Part shown: positions 38,201 to 39,322 of the stretch, one piece after another
Position numbering within the stretch: the first letter of the stretch is position 1
How the letters are laid out: each line of letters begins with the position of its first letter
IMG/VR virus record: IMGVR_UViG_3300006735_000076
Coordinates: 1-39,322 of that record
DNA: 39,322 bases
From: a virus
Taxonomy: Duplodnaviria; Caudoviricetes
Reading direction: 5' to 3' (one strand)
Notes under the pieces: model-generated
What the model saw: the letters and a program-made list of their open reading frames with translations, nothing else
What the model was told of the DNA's origin: nothing
Databases searched by the model: none
Made by a program: the position numbers and the translations under genes

Positions 38201-39322
38201 GGCTGCTGTGATTGTGTTATTACCTTCATGTCTAGCAGTATACAGTACCCATTCTCCGCTCGGCAAGAATGCTCTACGATACCTTGCGCTACCGTCAACA
38301 CCGGCAACGGTGACAGGGGCAGCATCAGGTATAGGGAATATGCTTGCATCTTCTACGGAAATTGTAGCACCAGTGAAAGGCTTAGTAATCTTAGTACCCG
38401 ACCTGTGGCTATTGCTAGATATGCTGTAAGAAAATGCCCCAAATACTTCAGGGTCTTGAGGGGCTATCTCTTCGTGTCTTCTACCGACAGGGTTTGGTGC
38501 CCAGTTGCTTGCAGTGTGAGTAGCATCAACATGTATCTTCATGCTGTTGTCAGGTCCAACAAATATACCTCTATCTTCATTACTAAAGAACTGGTTATCA
38601 AACAAAGGAATCTCTACCATAGCACGAGTGCTTGCGTACTGTGTACCCAATTGATAATCGTGCTGTACAGTATCAAGTGTTTGGAATAATCTGTCGTTGA
38701 TTGTAGTACCATCGTTGCACATCGATTCTTCAAGGAACTTGTCATCGACATGTATGTTACCACCAACTATGTTTGCGGCTCCAACTTCACTAACCCATTC
38801 AGAAAAAGTATCTGCTTCGCTTCCATCTGCTAGTAAAAACTTACCAGTACCTCGATGAGAACCTGATGCAAAGTTGAATACAGTACCCGTCTTTGAACTG
38901 TATTCTGCTGAAGCAAAACTAATCCCTTCATTTACATCTGTTCTCGCCAGTTCAATATATATTCTGCCAACTTTAGGGAAGCAATATGTGCCCCAAGAGC
39001 CTAAGTCAGTTGCGTTGTTTTTAAGAGGAACGACTGTAATTGTCCTTGCACTTACATCATACTCAGTTCCGTTCGTAACACAGTCACGCCTAGTACTCCA
39101 AGCCATTCTAGCAGTAGGACTTGGATCCCATGTTTCCTTAGTATTGATTGCACCTTGGCCGGGACCACCCAATGTAACTGTAACTACAGGTGCACCCGGC
39201 ATTATTTCCTTTACAATGTGAGAATCAGGAGCACCATCACCTTTGGCGCTGACACTTGCACTTGCTATATCAGATACAAGTCCATAGGCTAATAAGTTGG
39301 AATTACCATTAACATCATCATC
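26261..39322 (-). CDS. giant putative virion structural protein, 5'-truncated (>4350 aa)
   Basis: The frame stays open for 40 more codons upstream of ATG 39202 to the window edge (DDDVNGNSNLLAYGLVSD...KEI-MPGAP); G/S/T/D-rich; recurrent beta modules; upstream of the tail genes. Confidence 0.85.
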   Translation of the reverse strand, partial: DDDVNGNSNLLAYGLVSDIASASVSAKGDGAPDSHIVKEIMPGAPVVTVTLGGPGQGAINTKETWDPSPTARMAWSTRRDCVTNGTEYDVSARTITVVPLKNNATDLGSWGTYCFPKVGRIYIELARTDVNEGISFASAEYSSKTGTVFNFASGSHRGTGKFLLADGSEADTFSEWVSEVGAANIVGGNIHVDDKFLEESMCNDGTTINDRLFQTLDTVQHDYQLGTQYASTRAMVEIPLFDNQFFSNEDRGIFVGPDNSMKIHVDATHTASNWAPNPVGRRHEEIAPQDPEVFGAFSYSISSNSHRSGTKITKPFTGATISVEDASIFPIPDAAPVTVAGVDGSARYRRAFLPSGEWVLYTARHEGNNTITAAAAATAGGNWAMSKNFVKEFAVGVQLTPGPGYQDMNYTSIADNPLLKSAGYEGRRSFYYDRSNVMTQGGNVDYGMKQYVSAVEFRAGPRVNPHLDRIQSGRAKGIVESLNTGLNILYLKDGSAFPENREGVNGYAGYRYRLAWRNASGTLTYAHYEARAGTIFALSQRDSGFTPSAGDEVTLVDMHASPSTIYPEVKEGVFLNKNWANPYAPGGLRDGDTVWMNMHYTNPHSIEGLFAKSRGTLNEGQVWTGFNGGEGAMNANPRSSTPLENFLIGNTCTETAKNFVQHVNKTIELNYEALGLSATLAPTVAYLDPYQSSDEHSRVLLYDVAHDREFIAFQDLWMQVQSSADAIKIGAAPTTTAGAILHSDANSGSSLDVASGFPSQSKYLAVSAQSQFMEAAYSHKSTWNASTGTILSPHSPDVGSSYTTNNGMPRTNDAVINSADSLLLHQQIDKDSREASTFFDTPDGTRAIPAFLALKGIRNDTLDLISHEETRLRHLDHWTKMDFVRRLTVDFGEVALRDGVTNIESAAREVVRLINQAGAKNGRTYTKESDDPHLGASTGSTHDPAPFWDVEKSFSSHDRGTHMGYVRAHLGRVVQDSDGNSGYSIVIHSTVPGAEGRNFCTWLDSSRAQTPYRPQYLIGHGGRFRNYWCQPDEMTGENMHPAPMPINRFGRPFAPITTLKEFLPPEETLDSFENNLSLGPETVASSTQKTDAFRESASGRNSNTVIDESFETKSPSSTLVDGLRTGTSAKARINFGGMTQAGIPGWAPNAGKWGIGRDGDSKFEAIYGNASNAATATLGGTAYSDSNKTGYIPEADMKPSNIGDGNLYGIKLVDHRGDSHTVRMVYKQYGKSFANDLTMAPPTIDEEVIIHFDDRDVAQGGFTIGKHMVGTGEVCGEKSGGTAEPYKGNLWNNYPSPAVGIHVTGNKATDTGVTMDVTFTAPYSTGDTLTHPDVLGYLGFPESGVLQLTDDAGTSGDQGITIHYTSRSHYDHDGDTGASNKHYFYGCTGGRALTTNEGMLISPRINFTSVLTDEVIAAAVEFAMTMPDPSDDSISATSFDCTGMFAPDGKTLGEWGVSPTAIRVKASSKNKVPLSKLFEVSRSKDWGLVEGASSDAVVSSKHTGGLSDAERDAGVRLDVGYIPETLLHITTRYKGTNANTATPILVDNQNNPVDISIWQRNLRGDNYTGVAGDHIIPKVDSPMILKTTDDGTLITTASNTYLYSICVPGSDHAQAWGERFTIWWGSEEYAEVASTPGTAVETKLTYGAATGVSTNFASFCHDSDDEVLMRNGDVKNGMKTDGIRRAGSKMSSPFLYFRGGRDSPDHWVPLYFGGGFSGVVMDVNDGTQNDYGDFYTHPYAGGPTGSAGLQNIGEVAGAYALLDTNAMLAMFPGTPYLDNHRGKNNPPMFNQDGILPFDMAKGANNHATGTTYTDGTNTVSTNIPSPIILRFGHPHARYSAAGNTADQTIYMVFGPGQAFPHNSATFEPQGSNIVTTGNGYSAVPIYTTSTSPSFLPNQLTNGDDFVSGFNRTLAASAHLPRTSFFQKNRLSAFNYDMNWEPTKGFPSVAAHTSSGDSFAQGYNKAFYYEGSDFTIGSLTLPPTAHPFNHVFTNLAGGALESATYPASKKAFAIWHMDGGYHPGGHFLDNHVNINPKHPVENGRLATGSANKHNVSAFRPCGLLAKAYLAKYDTDGDPEDQVSDENVVLIDATRVQNAEELGAVISASINTFPGKDPLKAIGGTFLPSMQNAHKQDRYGWVELAVASYTAQNGLDPASATAASLVATSTSTTLPPYGWLRVSDGTTSGYAPYVGYSVSAPNTTFTLGKGPAATTPKSVTVQGGTSGTSGYSAASGLATTGGSGTGLTIQITSVNGSGQVTGATITASGSGYNSGEVVVIQQGGSSNDARLELVLDASSNVIDPTNNRHVAVTNSFKVYVWTKAGTHRHNNDSGVTDRDHMTQVHYNGLIDAVDRTKPIGAVGWAGEAYSYMNSYTGTQVGSGVYPAGLGAWHPFLGFNPYGAAETCLAASAPVGTGDTATATFSDYCVNGLSSRHLIAITNESELPLIAKADRDGILCSGDWLMAKENGNILHAGTTQWDTDKVHNKSRYVAYANAGPRVEAQVHSDFVRPFDASDYPATNAVPADNKWHATIASGKMVQLNSCLHPTGDLYWDESIVKGSNFHEDFATYGVECIGNSGLLDYLNPGAATTAMPHPGLFGYYDKRSAARNFSAEHVVWKRMDGGSLTMPAANARGLGAIPWVQRKVGEERYELVGEKILGNVRFSFESTNSAMFPVIQAQELAHPQLAEQHPKKIRNALMIPNEELQFQSMMVVDDTGQEHRLEGGSPLGTVIMDFRHVSDREIEGLAPALAGTGISPNMKIRLPNPDEIPGNIIIRPGFDRIQAYQNETFGSGGLQHPAQGEEGGFVRNLFDNQSPGPRLWPTWENNGWEHLSQDRTDVSTTKHRHRLGFPASTSEGWEDYTGHKPLTTAYEPHDRSLYFHVTKMSTSMTYRYGESQERTYLSVDGTNLITQSPEDISSSVYTDPSELSGGRYFLRLYNQETGKGVIVSYTGIDNSSSAKKFTGVVYGPDFETFIQENSFHQVNITPSYYMPAGSTRIYASRRLRDHSEYSGASPDMKITDWFEIYDKLPASSGSFTNPSIPYIHLAGTSSPKMTPMPIPRMGHHYVNPTMALMPGHYAHPAYQRLYELNQSCRTSNNAPAINSLIGTNEGTRTSTTATSTTHEPGRDPYIYFSGPTAAFAPSDIHGGGFTLLTETKIKYEGYGVAASVGDAGSKNAAGGHELVLEAAGTYTLNNHFPDPMEVGAYQIVIQPNVFAQQIKGFHLNHGTENKAPSESGDKVVELTGQQVNTVIAIEQDISTNGAHTLILAEAIMADVRGCEIIINEVILDIEPDSGSHFANMPALGLYNPLGVQESSSPSLSRRSLPYKPGMFSSATPGYTVTIPWWGILHKDGAGDSAAQKFRHLEWHKPDNYYEFCRMSYGCVGAQLTIAGYPTSFMDIYEAHRRNRSLNPTCVVLATDSSGSTITVDNNDLFPVAPYYGEKLEYTKSGKRYTATYGNRTGTLAHATLGVSTIFSSVSGSAEFWANIAADTVLKLTRPYDTYASDSVFLDTKSSIMTRLLPQRRKVGEESIYTSIANGTADTNSLHLPDAYLCMWHPNLGRPFTWYSDTATGGTRNFYDKTGVADTPVDKKPYNHIPEHFETIHYHDFNYVASKGPFGLAMKWLSPPGSAGLSADGTIYTAAQIDSDGNLSHQGGTDSSEKYNFAGFWPGGSHGGGAISRLEAYGDALIGWGGETHGMDCGGFDDNTGVRTRTYAQLTSASAYARNNCFGFRFGLRQAYNRPRWANYVRGWLEVANANALLGYYNGPLVQQDDKAGGWDYVGTDTGTIGDSSISDTYIGILERLTQVSALLNQDQIGRQVRYSDGRRMSEPFGCAVRTIRNASTVRREYPGDNAGKGISELADAHRYYMVDWWGNTRGEDVRRFPVRGFGIRPSWDPEDAYADTNVAHRPAAGALFGGDGNDRYSGNANTANNDASNMGVADWFNPASALRVGDRGDGRGVRWPTVFNESMLMDVSETHDATGLVLSHSTAEPAFGQGLVRPSNLTLQSGEIERGISARLDLADEDGLLKPSASVGEGVETVTADTRLVDPVARDDMRMGLDVDTIAELNDGVSREYVIMSTEAASLHTDREVGQRTNLRGAMTGASRTLGNFDLTALNFSTNPVAGITRFSNAHAYWPLGGTYIMEWSRYSGVLDVKGWGQTGVSSTSNPYQDANHDPIIQNTNFTDSTIEFLYRPVQVLDSKHVQFFRPAPVMKTSADQVGSNFYRATSGGKYGLFTSDAPGALTGTPSSPPYAPVYSITPTSSTTVPTSQGPKIEGVDVTGYDKTDIRSPVARVVMSENTLEHFRADASRKSPDDEEGDFTVQPRHSQTLHPKGSDGDATYNTGDHSGE

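Noticed and set aside
39200-39202. ATG 39202 as the start of the giant gene
   Set aside because: No in-frame stop between it and the window end, and no clear RBS; the gene begins outside the window.
23037-39221. Plus-strand and alternative-frame ORFs within the tail block (e.g. 38105..38689)
   Set aside because: They lie wholly inside long, coherent minus-strand genes and show no motifs or RBS.
26261-39322. Diversity-generating retroelement targeting the tail genes
   Set aside because: No reverse transcriptase and no TR/VR repeat pair noticed in the window.
1-39322. Alternative genetic code or stop-codon readthrough
   Set aside because: Genes tile the sequence under the standard code, and TGA stops coincide with the next starts and RBSs.
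1-39322. Avoidance of GATC, GGCC, CCGG or CTAG
   Set aside because: All are readily found; CTAG and CCGG are frequent.

Overview
This looks like a fragment of a large tailed dsDNA virus of archaea, most likely a Marine Group II/Poseidoniales virus ('magrovirus'); the host is inferred from gene content and GGAGG/GGTGA ribosome-binding sites, not from a database search. Bases 1-22771 are an almost gap-free, translationally coupled + strand block. It holds many small and Zn-finger ORFs (several below the ORF-track cut-off) and an archaeal-type replication/repair module: SNF2/HARP helicase, PC4-like SSB, an apparently inactive ATP-dependent ligase homologue, pyrimidine-dimer glycosylase, RFC, putative OB-fold SSB, RecA/Sak4-like ATPase, PCNA-like clamp, PolB, Cas4-like nuclease, fused PriS-PriL primase, ERCC4 nuclease and a divergent MCM-like ATPase. 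The block ends in a group II chaperonin. Bases 22772-39322 are a convergent - strand virion/tail block dominated by a giant ORF (>4350 aa) that runs off the window edge. Highlights: (i) apparent absence of CCAGR/YCTGG and AGCT, and of ACGT everywhere except 1026-4168; (ii) small genes bracketed by repeated RBS-stop-start junction sequences, suggesting cassette-like gene exchange; (iii) several pseudo-enzymes or non-canonical catalytic motifs; (iv) a very acidic DNA-mimic candidate. All motif counts are by-eye scans and need computational confirmation.
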